From NCBI RefSeq assembly GCF_006345805.1, contig NC_043004.1:88412001-88476000 (forward strand): 64,000 nucleotides of DNA, read 5' to 3'. The translations under genes and the position numbers were made by a program. Position 1 is the first letter of the stretch. Each line of letters begins with the position of its first letter. This DNA comes from Octopus sinensis (Eukaryota). The notes below the pieces were generated by a model, which worked only from the letters and a program-made list of their open reading frames with translations, had not been told where the DNA came from and did no database searches. Shown one piece after another: positions 39,692-54,698 of this stretch.

Positions 39692-42133
39692 TTCAGTCCG
39701 TATAATAATAAAATAATAATTGTAGGACCTGGTAGCATGCACCATGTTTTTACTAATTGCTTTAAGGACTTACATAGTTGCGAACAGAAACAAACACCAT
39801 TTGTCCCTTCCTGGACTTCGTTTCAGTGAGACATCTGAGATGCATCAGCTGAAGAGAGAAAGGGCGCTACCAGCACTTGAGAGGTTCTCAAATTTTCAGA
39901 TGATTAGACAAGAGCAAAGTAAACAGAAGAACCTTGATCATAGACAATCCTGCAGTCCGACTCTTGAATCTAGTTCACTATCGTATGACCATGTGTCTAA
40001 AATTCTTAACGGTCCTTCACTGTCTTTCAATATTCCTAATGTTATTGTTGTTATGTTCCGATAATTTAAAATATAATGCAATGAAAGTGTTCTCAATAAA
40101 TAATAGTTCTGTATGCCATTTTTTATTGTAATTCAAGAATCCCCAATCAAATTTCTAATCATATGCACCAGCTTGATCAATATAGACATCAGTAAGCCAA
40201 CAAATGACTCTTTATATGGACAGAGGTTTTGCTGGAAATATAAGTGAAATCTTACTCAAATTGTATTCTACCGTTTTGAAACAGTACCGATACTTTCGAC
40301 ATTGGAATTCTGGTTGAACTATGTCTGAATAAAATACGTTATACTTCTTATGGCCTGGAATGCCTTGTCCATAGTTCTGCTGGACCTGGCGTAAAAAACC
40401 CCAGAAGCAGCTTAGATTGTGAGTCTACGATCTATTTATCTTAAAACAATAAAATGGCTAATTTAGCTGGTTAGGTAACTACAGAAAAAAAGGGCTATTG
40501 TAAATATGAGTTTAACTTTGGCATTTTTAGTTGATTCGTTTAATGGAGAAAAGAATGACAGCGCCAACGACAAAATTCTCCACGGTCTCTGAGACTTGGG
40601 GAAGAAAAAAAGGAAAACGTTACCTCTTAATCGGGGACAAGATCTGAATGCTTACAACAAAGTCAACATCGTCAACGTATTCCGATGACTAAATGGTAGT
40701 TTTAGACTTGTCGACGAATAAGATTAGAACTGAGGACACAGAATGCAAAGAGTCGGGGCGGGGGAAAGGCTGCTGAGCATTTAGTTTCCCAATGTAACAT
40801 TTCTGGCAATGCGTTTCTTCTCAAAAGAAAAGTTAATCGTGGTGAGATTTGAACTCGGGACCTAAACAACTGAAACGAATACAACAAAAGTATTTCGTCC
40901 TACACCTAACGATTCTGCCAATTTGCCTATTTAGAAAGAAAGGAAAATATTTTTGAAAAAGTAGACAAAGCATGTTCAGGAAAATGAACTGAGCTGTTGA
41001 TATAATATGTTTGTTTAACCCATCTATTTGGCAAGGTGGTCGTTTGTAGACAACACTGTAAACAATAGCTATGTTTGTGGAAGTAAAGCAATTTTCAGAC
41101 TGTTCATTTAACACTCTGTATGCTTTAATCCTCTGTCGACTAAACGGCTCAAATAACAATCTGAGATTTTTTCTGTTTTAAACATAATTTTTTAATGTCC
41201 ATAAGAAAAGGAAATATACGTATATCTTTGTTAAAGTGTCTATGGAAAGAATAACAGAAAGAAATTACATAATAAAAATCTATTAAAATACAAAAACATT
41301 TCACCGTTCGGTTTGGCTTATAAGAGGTGACTTTTGTTAAATTGTTTTCCTGCTGATAATTTAATAAAGAGTCTGATTCTCATATCTTAAGGGATCTTTT
41401 TTGTTTCTTTTTACATTCAACTGCATACACGTATTTCAAGTAGCAATTTGCTCCACTGAACAACATAGCACTCAAGTAGAAAATACAGAGCAGAAAATAA
41501 GTTTCCCAATGATGTTTATAACAGTTTATATATAAAACTTTAGCCACAAACTTTCCTCATTATCTTACGCTAGACAAAGCAAATATTTGAAAGATTTTTC
41601 AGCCACCATTTTGAGCCATGGTGATGTAAATTATTGCAGTAAAACAAACATTGTACATTTACTTAAAGCAAAGACAAAAAAAAAAATAAATGCTTGGAAA
41701 AAATGCTGAATCATCTGAAGATGCTATTGCGTAACCTCGTGGACAAGACGATTTCTCTGCGGCAACTATCAACAATCGCCATTTTTGCATGTTTTCACTC
41801 TTGCCTACTACCACCGTCCTTTCCATTCAGCAAATATAACTGTATGTTTTTATTCATCTATTTACATAATACCATGTTTTGTGTGAATGAAGGAATATTC
41901 GATTAAAGGTAGCTAACAGGTGAAAAGCAATTTCGCTGTAGTTTAGTTTCCCTGTTGGGAGAGTGAAAAGGGACATTTCGTACTACTCGGACGAAACATA
42001 TAGCACAAATGCTTTTCTTGGAAAGTATTCTGCTTATCGATTTTCTCTCCGATGATACCAATTTTCGTTGATACACATCGCCACACATTCGAAGACATAT
42101 ATGCACGTACACACATAAATACGCAAAACACAA

Positions 42134-42698
42134 TTGGGTTGTCCGGAAAGTTCGTGCCGATTAATAGTAGCTTACCTTTCGACTTATTTTAGAACATGGT
42201 TGAGTTCTTAAAATAGGATTTGACTGCACCTCCATTTAGAGCACAGTTTAAGCTATCTTTTCGTGCAAGAAGGTTTGTGTTCCTATAACCTGTGTTAATT
42301 ATGTAACCCTTTAAAATGGAAGATAAGAAAGTTCATATTCGGCATTTAATGCTTTGGGAACCAGACAAAAATTGCTGCAGCTCGGCTGGGATGAGTTACC
42401 CGACTCTCCATATTCTCCAGATATTGCACCTTTGGATTTCTACTTATACAGGTCTCTGCAGAATAGTCTTAATGGTAAAAAGTTCAACTCCTAGGATGAC
42501 GTAAAATGATACCTTGATGAATTCTTTGCCATGAAACCACCTCAATTCTGGGAAGAGGGTATTTTCAAGTTAAAGGAAAGATGGAGATGCATTGTGCAAC
42601 AAAATGGTTCATATTTGGTTGATTAAAATGTAATGGCAAGTATTTATTGACCTTTTTCTTTCCTTTGGAAATCGGCACGGACTTTCCGGACAACCCTA
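42134..42698 (+). mobile_element. Internally deleted mariner transposon with intact TIRs
   Basis: 29 bp TIRs ttgggttgtccggaaagttcgtgccgatt / aatcggcacggactttccggacaacccta; MEDKKVHIRHLMLWE is joined out of frame to QLGWDELPDSPYSPDIAPLDFYLYRSLQN...RWRCIVQQNGSY. Confidence 0.93.
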
Positions 42699-43012
42699 TA
42701 TATTCATATAAACACATATGCTTGAAGATATTAGTGAATAATTGAATGTTGTGTGGCGAACCTTTGAAATTATGAAAGTATTTTGCAAAAAGAAAACCCA
42801 TTGTTTTGATGCTTCCTAAGCAATGTCTGCAGGGGATGTCACTGAAAGTAAAAAATAAATAAGTTTGATCCTGTCTTGCAAATCAGCCATTTCTTCATTT
42901 GTAAAGAATAGGCGGTGTTCCAGCATGGCCGCAGTCAAATGACTGAAACAAGTAAAAGAGTAAAAGAGTAACGAGGTATGTGTGTGCTTCTTTCTCTCTT
43001 TCTGTCTCTCTT

Positions 43013-43047
<35 letters not shown>

Positions 43048-43191
43048 GTCATACACGCACACTCTGACACACTCACATTCACACACTCACATACACATAC
43101 ACACTTACACACACATACATACATACATACACACATTCACGCGCGCACACACACACAAACACTCTGTCTCACACACACACTCACTCGCATG

Positions 43192-43222
<31 letters not shown>

Positions 43223-43759
43223 ACGCACGCACGCATCCACAGAAACATACAAACCCAACTATCTTCCGTCCAATTTTCTCTCACCAAATCCTCCTCAAAA
43301 AGCACTGGTCAGTCCAGTTTCTGGTAGAAAACACCAACCCAATTTACTCTGATTAACGCGAGGAATTTCATAATCGCACAGCCACACAACCATACCTGCA
43401 CAACATATTCTAGACTCAATATTTGCCTATTTAATCATGCCCCTATCGTTTTATTTATATTATTTTTGTGTCAGTTGCTATCTATCATTATATTTTGACA
43501 AATATTTGCCCCTCTTATACTAATACAGTGAAATCTAAAGACAGCAAAGAAAGATTAAATATGTCTGCGATAATGTACAATGCTTTACTGCAGGGAATAA
43601 CATACTACACGAGTGGCAACGTTGCTGTCGTTTAGCTCACGTCAAGCTTAATTGAACAGTCAACACCTTTAATCAAAGACACTACAGCTGTATTCAGAAT
43701 AGGTATTCATGTACACACATATGACTACCCAGGTGAAGTTGCTTAAATAATAATGGTTA

Positions 43760-43912
43760 CAAATTTTAGCACATGGCCAGCAATTTCAAGGAGAGGCTAA
43801 ATCGATTAGATCGACCCTAGTGTCCGATTGGTACTTATTTTATTGATCCAGGCAAGATGAACCTCGATAGAATTTGAACTCAGAACGTTGAGGCAGACGA
43901 AATTTTGTCCGA
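43760..43912 (-). mobile_element. SINE family A, degenerate
   Basis: tcgattagatcgaccctagtg...tggtacttattttattga...aatttgaactcagaacg. Confidence 0.65.
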
Positions 43913-44761
43913 CGTGGAGGATGCCCGAGATCCTAGAAGACACAGACAGAACGGATTTTATATAATGGATAAACTGATATAACTGAATATTTATATGTAA
44001 CTCAGTAATGATTCTTTTAAGGCAAAAGTCTTTAAAACTTTTAAACATTACTCACGCACCGCTTGTACTGCATTCATGGAGACGAGTTGACACTTGGATC
44101 GATCCCAGATAGGTGGCTATAGGCATAGCAGAACCTTTGTCTGACTAACCTATCTTTGTGAGTATACACTGTCTGCATCAAGATACAAATATCTCTCATA
44201 ATACACAAATATTTACCACAGTCTAGGTTTGTCTATCTTACCATACAACTGTTTACAATAATATCTATTTGTCTCCCGCAGTTTTCGACATTTTACTACT
44301 AACTAAAACTGTCGATACGACTGTGTAAATCTACTTTTGTTTACTGTTCTCTGCTACTTGGTATTAATCTCCATGACATTTCGAGAATGTCACTGTTTTT
44401 AAAATCATGACAAAGTTGGACAATTGGCTTAGTATACGTAGTGAGTATCTTATGCAGTAAACTTCAATATTAATAACTACGACGACCTTCTTTCAATCTC
44501 CGACTACCAAATCCACTCACAAATCTTTCCTTACTCTGGGCTATAGAGTAGCAGACACTTGATCAAGATGTCGCGTAGTTTACCGGTGAAAAAAATCACG
44601 TGGTTGGCTAGAGAACTTTTTAATCACATAGCCATCGAATATGTATGTACAGAACATATCTATCTTAGTATATCTCTGTTTTTCTCTCTCTCTGTATTTC
44701 CCTTTCTCTCTCTTATATACATACATACACACGTACATACTTACATGCATACATATATATA

Positions 44762-44804
<43 letters not shown>

Positions 44805-44868
44805 GTGAGACAGAGACGAGAGAGAAAGAGAGAGAGAGTGATAGATAGATAGAAACATAAAAACATAC

Positions 44869-44906
<38 letters not shown>

Positions 44907-45213
44907 GTATATATATATATATACATATAATATATAATCCTTACGTACACAAACTGATGGTTCCATCAACTTTATAATGAGTTCCTACAATAGTAGCCAT
45001 TGTAGGAACTCGTTGCCATGCCAACGATCTCAAACCTGATGCTTAGTTTGAGATCGAAAGTTCTACGGGGTTTCTCGTGCATTTTTCTGTGCATTTCGTC
45101 CAGCGTGCTAACAATATTACCGCCTTACCGCCTTAAAAATAATAATGATAATAATAAAAATAATAATAACAACAACAATAATAATAATAATAATAATAAA
45201 AATAATAATGATA

Positions 45214-45290
<77 letters not shown>

Positions 45291-45820
45291 TACCAGACAG
45301 TAACTCTCGTGGCTTCTGGTCTTAACTGATTGGAAGTGTTATCATGTACATTGTTTTGTCTTGGTATAAAAGATGGGCTACAGCAAATATTCTGCTCAAT
45401 ATCACAGATTTGCTTGTCAGTTGTTTGGCCTCAACTAGTTGAGCATGTCCCTTAGTAGCTAACAATATGTGTATCTCTGATCATGAGCAGAGGTAGTGGG
45501 GGTGCATCATAGCCATATGTTGAGAGCGATTCTTTGGGGCTTGAATAATTCACCTTTGGAAACATGGGTGTTTCGTTCAACATCCTTAAACAACCCTTAT
45601 TCAGGGACCTTTTGAGCGGGATGGGTTACTCAACCAGAAGAAAATTCTAACTGGGCACCACCCGCAAGGTCTTCTGCTGTTTATCTTGATATGGGATCAC
45701 CATGTTGCGCACATATGGTTGTGATGCATGTACCTAGTGTACCATAATCAGACGGGTATACTGGGCCTCGTATAGTTGTACCCCAGTGTCACTTTGATGG
45801 CATGCACTGCTCTCTCACTC
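45291..45820 (+). mobile_element. ~555 bp TAA-flanked element (copy 4, slightly 5'-truncated)
   Basis: Homologous to 14231-14786. Confidence 0.9.
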
Positions 45821-45840
45821 AATGATAATAATAATAATAA

Positions 45841-45893
<53 letters not shown>

Positions 45894-46448
45894 ATGCCCT
45901 GATGCAGTACCAGGCAGTGGCTCTCATGGCTTCTGATCTTAACTGATTGGAAGTGTTATCATGTACCTTGTTTTGTCTTGGTATAAAAGATGGGCTACAG
46001 CAAATATTCTGCTCAATACCACAGATTTGCTTGTCAGGTGTTTGACCTTAACCAGTTGAGCATGTCCCTTAGTGGCTGACGATATGTGCATCTCTGATCA
46101 CGAGCAGAAGTAGTGGGGGAGCATCATAGCCATGTGTTGAGAGGGATTCTTTGGGGTTTGAATAGTTCACCTCTGGAAACATGGGTGGTTCTTTCAACAT
46201 CCTTAAACAACCCTTATTCAGGGACCGTTTGAGCAGGATGGGCTACTCAAAATGAAGAAATTCTTACTGGGCCCCACCTGCAAGGTCATGTGCTGTTTAT
46301 CTTGATATGAGATCACCATGTCGCGCACATATGGTTGTGATGCATGTGCCTGGTGTACCTTTATCAGACGGGTAGTCATGATGGGTATATTGGGCTTCGT
46401 ATATTTTACCCCAGTGTCACTTTGATGGCATGAACTGCTCTCTCACTC
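45894..46448 (+). mobile_element. ~555 bp TAA-flanked element (copy 5)
   Basis: Nearly identical to copy 1. Confidence 0.9.
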
Positions 46449-46458
46449 AATGATAATG

Positions 46459-46506
<48 letters not shown>

Positions 46507-46508
<2 letters not shown>

Positions 46509-46949
46509 TGATATGACTATCCCAATCGATATAAACGTATCTGTCAAGACCTACCAAAAACTGAGCAAATATAAAGATCTTGAAATAGAAATCAGCAAAA
46601 TGTGTAACCTGAAGACTAAAACAATACCTGTTGTCGTAGGTGCCCTGGGAATGATAGCAAAAGGGGCTGATTGCTATCTAACTCAGATACCAGGAAACCC
46701 CAAAATGGCAGAAATTCAAAAGATAGTGCTCATGGGAACTGCTCATATCCTACGCAAAATACTTTCTATGTAACCTCAAGGTTTAAAACAAACATTTTTT
46801 TTAGACATCCACTAATACAACACAAAAAACAACCAAATATATGGCACACTAGGCATAACAACAATGTGAACTTCCAACCTGTTGTCTCTTGAGGTCTGTG
46901 GGTGAGACTTGAAGCCAACTTGTACAAATATAAAGCAAAAGTCAAACAT
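46507..46949 (+). mobile_element. 5'-truncated copy of the R4/Dong LINE
   Basis: IDMTIPIDINVSVKTYQKLSKYKDLEIE...RKILSM* plus a 3' UTR ending gcaaaagtcaaacat, as at 19787-20216; TAA on both sides. Confidence 0.95.
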
Positions 46950-46991
46950 GATGAGAATGGCGATAATAATAATAATGATAATAAATTAATG

Positions 46992-47086
<95 letters not shown>

Positions 47087-47598
47087 TATAATAATAATAA
47101 TAATAATAACAACAACGCTGAATGTTATGTAGTACCTGTGTTTAATTGGTAAAAATATGACCATCCCCAAATATAACAATATAATTAGACGCCAGAGTCC
47201 AGTAAAAGACAAAAAACATACACAAAGGATTGTTGCGTATCAAACACTCTTACCAAAAATAAAATGTTTTTGATAAGGTACAAATCTCATTCTGCAAAGA
47301 AAAACAAGTTTAGTAGCTGGATTTTATCGATTTATGTTATAACTGGCGTTTATTTAATCAAGAAAAAACAACAGACGGTGAGTCAAAAGATAAACTGTAC
47401 CATTTTAACGTCAATATTACATGAAATGTTTTCTAAATATATATTAGAGTCGGTAGGTAAGATATCCTTTAAGAAAAAGTATTCGATTATTTTGTCACGA
47501 GACCAAACAGCGTCTATAATTATCTGTCATCGTTATATGTTGTCTAATTGAAATACTAAACTAATTGAAGATAAGTATAAACGAAAATATCTGCATTC

Positions 47599-48325
<727 letters not shown>

Positions 48326-49282
48326 AACTAGTTAGTTAGCTACCTGACAGACAGACACGCAGACAGATAGATAGAGATATATATGTAGAAAGAGGACGAG
48401 AGAGAGAAAGAGAAGCAGGCAGATATAGTTAGACAGGCAGATTGAGAGACATAGATTAATAGATAGGCAGAGAGATCGAAATCCGCACACAGACACTCAC
48501 TCACACACACACACACATGCGCATACACAAACACACACAGAGCGAGATCAAAATACGTACATATATATAAAGAGATAGATAGATTGATAGAAAGCGAGAA
48601 CGAGAGAGATAGAGATAGATAGAGAGAGAGGGAGGGAGAAACATGCATTGTCTATGCCTGAACTATACACAGTAAGATTTGTAGGATAGGTTGGAACATA
48701 CTGTAATGTTAGCATTACATATTACCACAGTGTTCAACTTCAGCAAGTATTCATTTACTAAAGATGATATTCTAATCTTCAAACATTTTGGATGGATTTT
48801 TCTTCTTTTTGAATATTTTGTTTTCCTCTCTCAATTCTTTTCATCTTTAAGTCTTTACCTGTCTATGAATAGGAGATTATTGCATACAGGAACGCAAGAG
48901 CTACTTCTCTCTCTCTCTCTCTCATTCTTTCTGCCTCTCTTTCTCATTCTTTCTCTGTCTATTCTGTCTTTCGCTGTTACTCTCTCCCTATAAATTAAAA
49001 GTGTATATATATATGAATGTATGTACATATATATATATATATTTGTGTGTGTGTGTGTGTGTGTATGTATGTGTGTGTGTGTGCGCGCGCATGTGTGTAT
49101 GTGTGTGTGGATATATATATATGTACGTATGTATGTATGTTTGTATGTATGCATACAAATACATTAATGAGCATATCAGAGTGTATGTATATATGTATGT
49201 ATGTATGTATGTAAGTATGTACACACAAACACACATATGTGTATATGCGGGCATACACGCACACACACACACTCACACAAAC

Positions 49283-49321
<39 letters not shown>

Positions 49322-49569
49322 GCAGGATTGATGGCTATATTGTCATTATGTCTACTTGCTTTAGAATTGTAGTAATAATTCGTACTTTGAAGGCAGGAAT
49401 GGAATATTCTTACCAATTATTCGAAGCAGACAATTAGAAATGTTATATAATCTATATACAAAATATATTTATGATATAAATATATATGTGTGTGTATGTG
49501 TGTGTGCATGTATATATCAATATCATATAATATACACTATATATGTAAGTGCTTATATAAGAATGTTTG

Positions 49570-49617
<48 letters not shown>

Positions 49618-49878
49618 CATGTATCTCTCTGTGTGTAATCATGTATATTATAGTATGTTATGCATTGTATTCATATATTTTACATTATAAATACTATATT
49701 ACATTGCTATTTATCTTTTTCGACTAATTACTAAGAATATTTATTTTCTGGTTTCAAAATATGAAATATAGTAGAATTCAGAAACAAAAAAGAAAATTAA
49801 TTAGCAACGGCAATGTCAACAATACATACATATTATAGAAACATACTTACTTACATATATACAAACATACACGGATAC

Positions 49879-49933
<55 letters not shown>

Positions 49934-50102
49934 CTACTTTCGTTTTCCCATGGCAAGACCAATAATCAGTCGTTAGAACTAAATATACTTATAATGCGCA
50001 GATAATATTCAGCGATTTTGAATGAATTAACTTACATCCTCAGCTTCCATCTTTTATAAGGCCCAGAAGATAAGTACTTGGCGTAAATTCGAACTATCTA
50101 TT

Positions 50103-50139
<37 letters not shown>

Positions 50140-50224
50140 GTTTATCCGTCTCTCTGTTTTTCTACATCTGCATCTATACACACACAAATACACACATATA
50201 TATACATACATATATACATACATA

Positions 50225-50580
50225 ATTAATGTTTTCTTTTAAATCGGAGAAACAAGAAAAGGAAAAATAGCAACGCGAGCACGTGGTACATGCAAAATAT
50301 TAATAAGACGCCCAGAGGAGGAAAGAAGGAAAGAAAGCAAACCTCTTGTTCGGAGACAGGAGACATAGGAAAGTCCAAAAGAAAAGGAAGAAGGTGGATT
50401 TTTCCCTTTCTTTTCTTTTGGACCCATGTTTCCTGCTTCCGAAGAAGAGCATTGCTTGAAACGTAAAACATCCACCCTTTCTTTCCTCCTCTGAGCGTCT
50501 TATTAATACTTTGCATGTACCAGGTGTTGTTTGTTTTTTCTTGCTGCCTTTTTTCTCCGTTTTTTTTTATTAACTATTTT
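50225..50580 (+). mobile_element. Short PLE-type element with inverted repeats and a hammerhead-like motif (50426-50471)
   Basis: 50284-50328 is inverted at 50475-50522; CCGAAGA a gagc-att-gctt GAAA CG UA aaac. Confidence 0.55.
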
Positions 50581-51996
50581 ACCGTAGGGTCAAACGAACC
50601 CCCGTTCTCCCTACTGGCTTTGGAGGACCTAATTCACGGAAATCTCTTTACCATCGGATTACATCACCTTATTCATTCGGAGTACATTTCTGCATCTTGA
50701 TTGTCAATACATACATTAATAACGAGAAACTTTTCTATGGAAATTTACATATTCTATTACTGGATTGATACATATGTTTCTGCATGATACGCGTTTGTTT
50801 GTGACTACATTTTCACATCTATAAGATATTTTTAAATATGATTTATGATATCCTTGGTTCTTCAGAAATGTCATTATTGAATATGCATTTTCGGCAGGTA
50901 TTCTGCATTACGAGCGGACTCGAAGGCATTTGCCATAAATGAATTACAAGGATATATATATATATATATATAAACAATACCTGACTCTAAAAAATACCTT
51001 CTATTCACCTCCAATCACCCAAAACACACAAAGACAAATATCCCCTTCAACCTAGCGAGAAGAATCTACACTATTGTCTCAAATGACACAACACGAAATA
51101 GAAGACTCCGGGAACTAAGGGCAATTCTTCTCGAAAGACATTACCCGGCATCACTAGTAGACAACGGAATAGAACGGCCAAATCAATCAACATTCAAGAC
51201 CTACGAAAACCCAAACACATCCACAGTACAGTAAATAGCCTCCCCTATCTCTCAACACACAACCCAAGGAATGCAGAAGCTTACACTATTATATACAACA
51301 ACATTCCACAACTAAATCAAGACCCACGCCTGAAAAAAATACTGGCAGCTCATAAAATAATAAAAAGTAAGAGACAACTTAAATCCCTAAAAAACCTCCT
51401 CACCAACGCAAAATTACACAACACAAACCCACCGCCCACCATAAAAAAATGTGGTCGCCCCAATTGCAAGACCTGCATCCACCTCATTGAGGGATCGTCG
51501 TACAAGTTCCACTCGGGACACACATTCATCATAAAAAATAATTTCACGTGCGCATCAAAAAATTTACTCTACGTCATAAGGTGTGAAGGATGACACGAAG
51601 ACTACATAGGGCAAACGAGCCTTACCCTCAGAGAAGAATGACAGTTCACCGACAACAACTGAGGGACCCCTCCACAAGACAGATACCACTAAGTGGACAC
51701 TTAGACCTTTGTGCACACAATAAGTCCCCCAAATTCTTAGTCTTCCCACTATACCAATGCTCGGACAACACCACAGACCAAACACGAATAAATAAGGAAA
51801 GTAATCTTATTCAAAAATACAGACCACAACTAAACATACTCTAACATACCCCCTGGACACACATCCAGAGCAGGCACGCAGGGGCACGCGCACACTCACA
51901 GCATATCGTGCGGGCGGGCACATGCGCGCATCGGCACGCATAGGACACACTAGCGGGCATTGACCGGACACATACGTGGCACGCACACGCATGCAT

Positions 51997-52490
51997 TATA
52001 TATATGTAGGTTATGTATGTGTGTGAGTGTTGTGTGTGTGTGTGTGAGTGTGCACGTTGTGTGTGTGTGTGCGCGTGTGTATATGTATGTGTGTGTGTGT
52101 GTGCACTGTGTGCGTGTGTGTATGTGTGTGTGTGTGCGCGCGTTGTGTGTGTGTGCACGTGTGTATATATATATGTGTGTGTGTATGCACTGTGTGCGTG
52201 TGTGTGTATGTGTGTGTGTGTGTGAGCATTGTGTACGTGTGTATGTATTTACATGTGTATTTGTTTATATATATATATATGTGTGTGTGTTGTGTGTGTA
52301 TATGCACGGTATGTGTGTATATGTGAGTACATTTTTTGTGTGTGTGTGCGGTATGTAGAGATATATTTGAGTGTGTACGCTATAGGTTTGTATTTTGTGT
52401 GTGTGGGTGTGTGTGTGAATTTTATATATATATGTGTGTGTATGTGTGTGAAAAAATATATGTATGTGTATGTATGTATGTATGCATATG

Positions 52491-52523
<33 letters not shown>

Positions 52524-53308
52524 GTGTGTGTGTATGTGTGTGTGTGTATATATATTTTCATGTATATGTGTGTATAAACATGTGCATTATTTGCATGCGC
52601 ATTGTGTATATGTATATTGTATGTATGTGTATTGTATATGTATGTGTACAATTAAGTGTATATATGTGTGTATGTGTGCATTGTATATATGTATATTGTA
52701 GGTGTGCTATATATACATGAATACATGTATATGCGTTGCGTGTATATATATGTATGCATTGTGTATGTATGTTATGTGTGTGTGTGTCTATATATATTAT
52801 ATGTATGCGTACATGTATGTGTATGCATTGTATGTATGTATGTATATTGTGTGTATATGTGGTATATCTATGTATGTGTATGTAAACACTATTTATATGT
52901 ATATATGTATATATGTATATGCATTGTCTATATATATTATATGTATGTATTGCGTATGTATATTGCATGCATATATTGTGTATGTGTATTATATACATGC
53001 TGTGTATGTGTATTGTATGTGTATATATATGCTAGGTGTATTTGTGTGATATTTATACTATGTATATATGTGTGCGTGTGTTGTGTGTGTGTGTGTGTGT
53101 GTGTGTGTTGTGTGTGTATGTGTTATATATGTGTGTATATTATATATAAATACATGTTATATTTGTGTGCTGTGTATATATATTATATATGTGGGTGCGT
53201 TGTGTGTGTGTGTGTTCTGTGTGTGTGTGTTGTGTGTATGTGGTGTGTGTTTGTATACTATGTGTGTGTGTGTATTGTTGTTGTGTGTGTGTGTGTATAT
53301 ATGTGTGT
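51997..53308. repeat. Complex (GT)/(AT) microsatellite, 1.3 kb
   Basis: Continuous degenerate purine-pyrimidine alternation. Confidence 0.95.
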
Positions 53309-53870
53309 GACAAACAGACGCTGTCTGACCAGCAGGCACACAGACACATCTATTCACACCCGCATACTCACCTCCCAATAACCCCAAAATCACTGATGCT
53401 TGAAGAGGAAGTATAAACCAAACTGGGTACATATCTTTTTTTCTCTCAATTCAACTTTTCTGCTAAAACAAACAGGTCAGTAAAAAACAAATTCTCGCCT
53501 TCGATTCAAAATATTCAGAGATGTCTAAAATATCCATTTTAATTTTCTCTGTCAATATTACAAGCTTTCTCACCAAACTATTACACTTCCTTATGTCTTT
53601 AACATGTCCTTTCTACCAAAGACTGTATATATATACATGTAATGTGACAATTTGCGACAACCAATAATTAACGCAACCAAATTTCCAATAATATATTTGT
53701 TTTATTCTTTTCTGCCAATTTTTCCAAATATTCTCATCACACTATTGAACTTTTTTATACTATATTTATATATGTAATGTGACAATTATGTATAAAAAAA
53801 CATTTTTGAATTCATATATTCAATGTGACAATTATGTAAAAAACTTTTTTTGAACCCATAATATTCAATG

Positions 53871-53915
53871 TTACTTTTGACAATCTTTTACCAAAGAGTG
53901 AAACCGGTTAAGTAA
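53871..53915 (+). ncRNA. Minimal type I hammerhead, U3-A8 core (second family)
   Basis: ttactt UUGACAA tcttt-tacc-aaaga gt GAAA CCGG UU aagtaa; perfect 6 bp stem I. Confidence 0.7.
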
Positions 53916-53994
53916 ATAAACATCGTTTAAATTGCATTTTCAAACCTTTTTTCATATATAATCCCACTCGTGCGATACCCCACAACTCAACTTT

Positions 53995-54058
<64 letters not shown>

Positions 54059-54282
54059 GTATAATAGGGACTATAATTCCAAAACTCACAGGGGAAAATT
54101 CAATTTAACAATTTTAAATCAAATTTCACAATATATATTATATGCATATAATTTACAGAAAAAACAACTGTTAAACAATTCAATAAAAAAAGATGTTAAT
54201 CACACCATATAGAAAACATATACTATAAAAAAAAACCTTATTTTAAATCAATAAAGTACAATAAATAGTAAATAGTAGTAAA

Positions 54283-54406
54283 AACCTACGCACGTTTCAG
54301 GGCTGTATTTTCAAATAGATAATAATAATAATTAAAGAAATTCGATTCAAAATTAAATCGAACTAAAATTAATTCTCTTTAAAAATATAGTCGCTCATCA
54401 GGTCTA
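54283..54406 (-). ncRNA. Degenerate hammerhead with a long AU-rich stem II
   Basis: gac CUGAUGA gcgactatatttt...aaaatacagccct GAAA CGUGCG UA ggtt; lies in an AT-rich element between TA arrays. Confidence 0.5.
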
Positions 54407-54622
54407 AGATAATCAATAATAAAAAATAATAATAGAATAAATGTACTTATCTTAACTTATACTAATTATCAAATAAATATATGAAAAAATGCATGTATTA
54501 AATATAAATAATCGAAAAACATTTGACAATATTTCTTAAAACAAAAATATAACTTTTCTTTAAATTTATATTTCGTTAACTAACAATTTAAACGTGAATT
54601 GTTTAATAGTGGGTTTTTCTCT

Positions 54623-54698
<76 letters not shown>

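Larger units (their letters stand above)
50972..53995 (+). mobile_element. 5'-truncated Penelope-like element (thumb plus Cys-rich GIY-YIG, long 3' region, terminal hammerhead)
   Basis: KYLLFTSNHPKHTKTNIPFNLARRIYTIVS; KCGRPNCKTCIHL; FTCASKNLLYVIRCEG*HEDYIGQT; stop at ~51844; hammerhead at 53871; (TA)n on both sides. The link across the microsatellite is inferred. Confidence 0.8.

Noticed and set aside
39720-40520. Possible hAT transposase remnant (SSAG-like motif, minus strand), also 12403-12680
   Set aside because: It needs frameshifts and has no paired TIRs; too weak without a homology search.
44979-45011. 13 bp hairpin gagttcctacaat/attgtaggaactc
   Set aside because: It is isolated, with no second copy or terminal motif; function cannot be supported.
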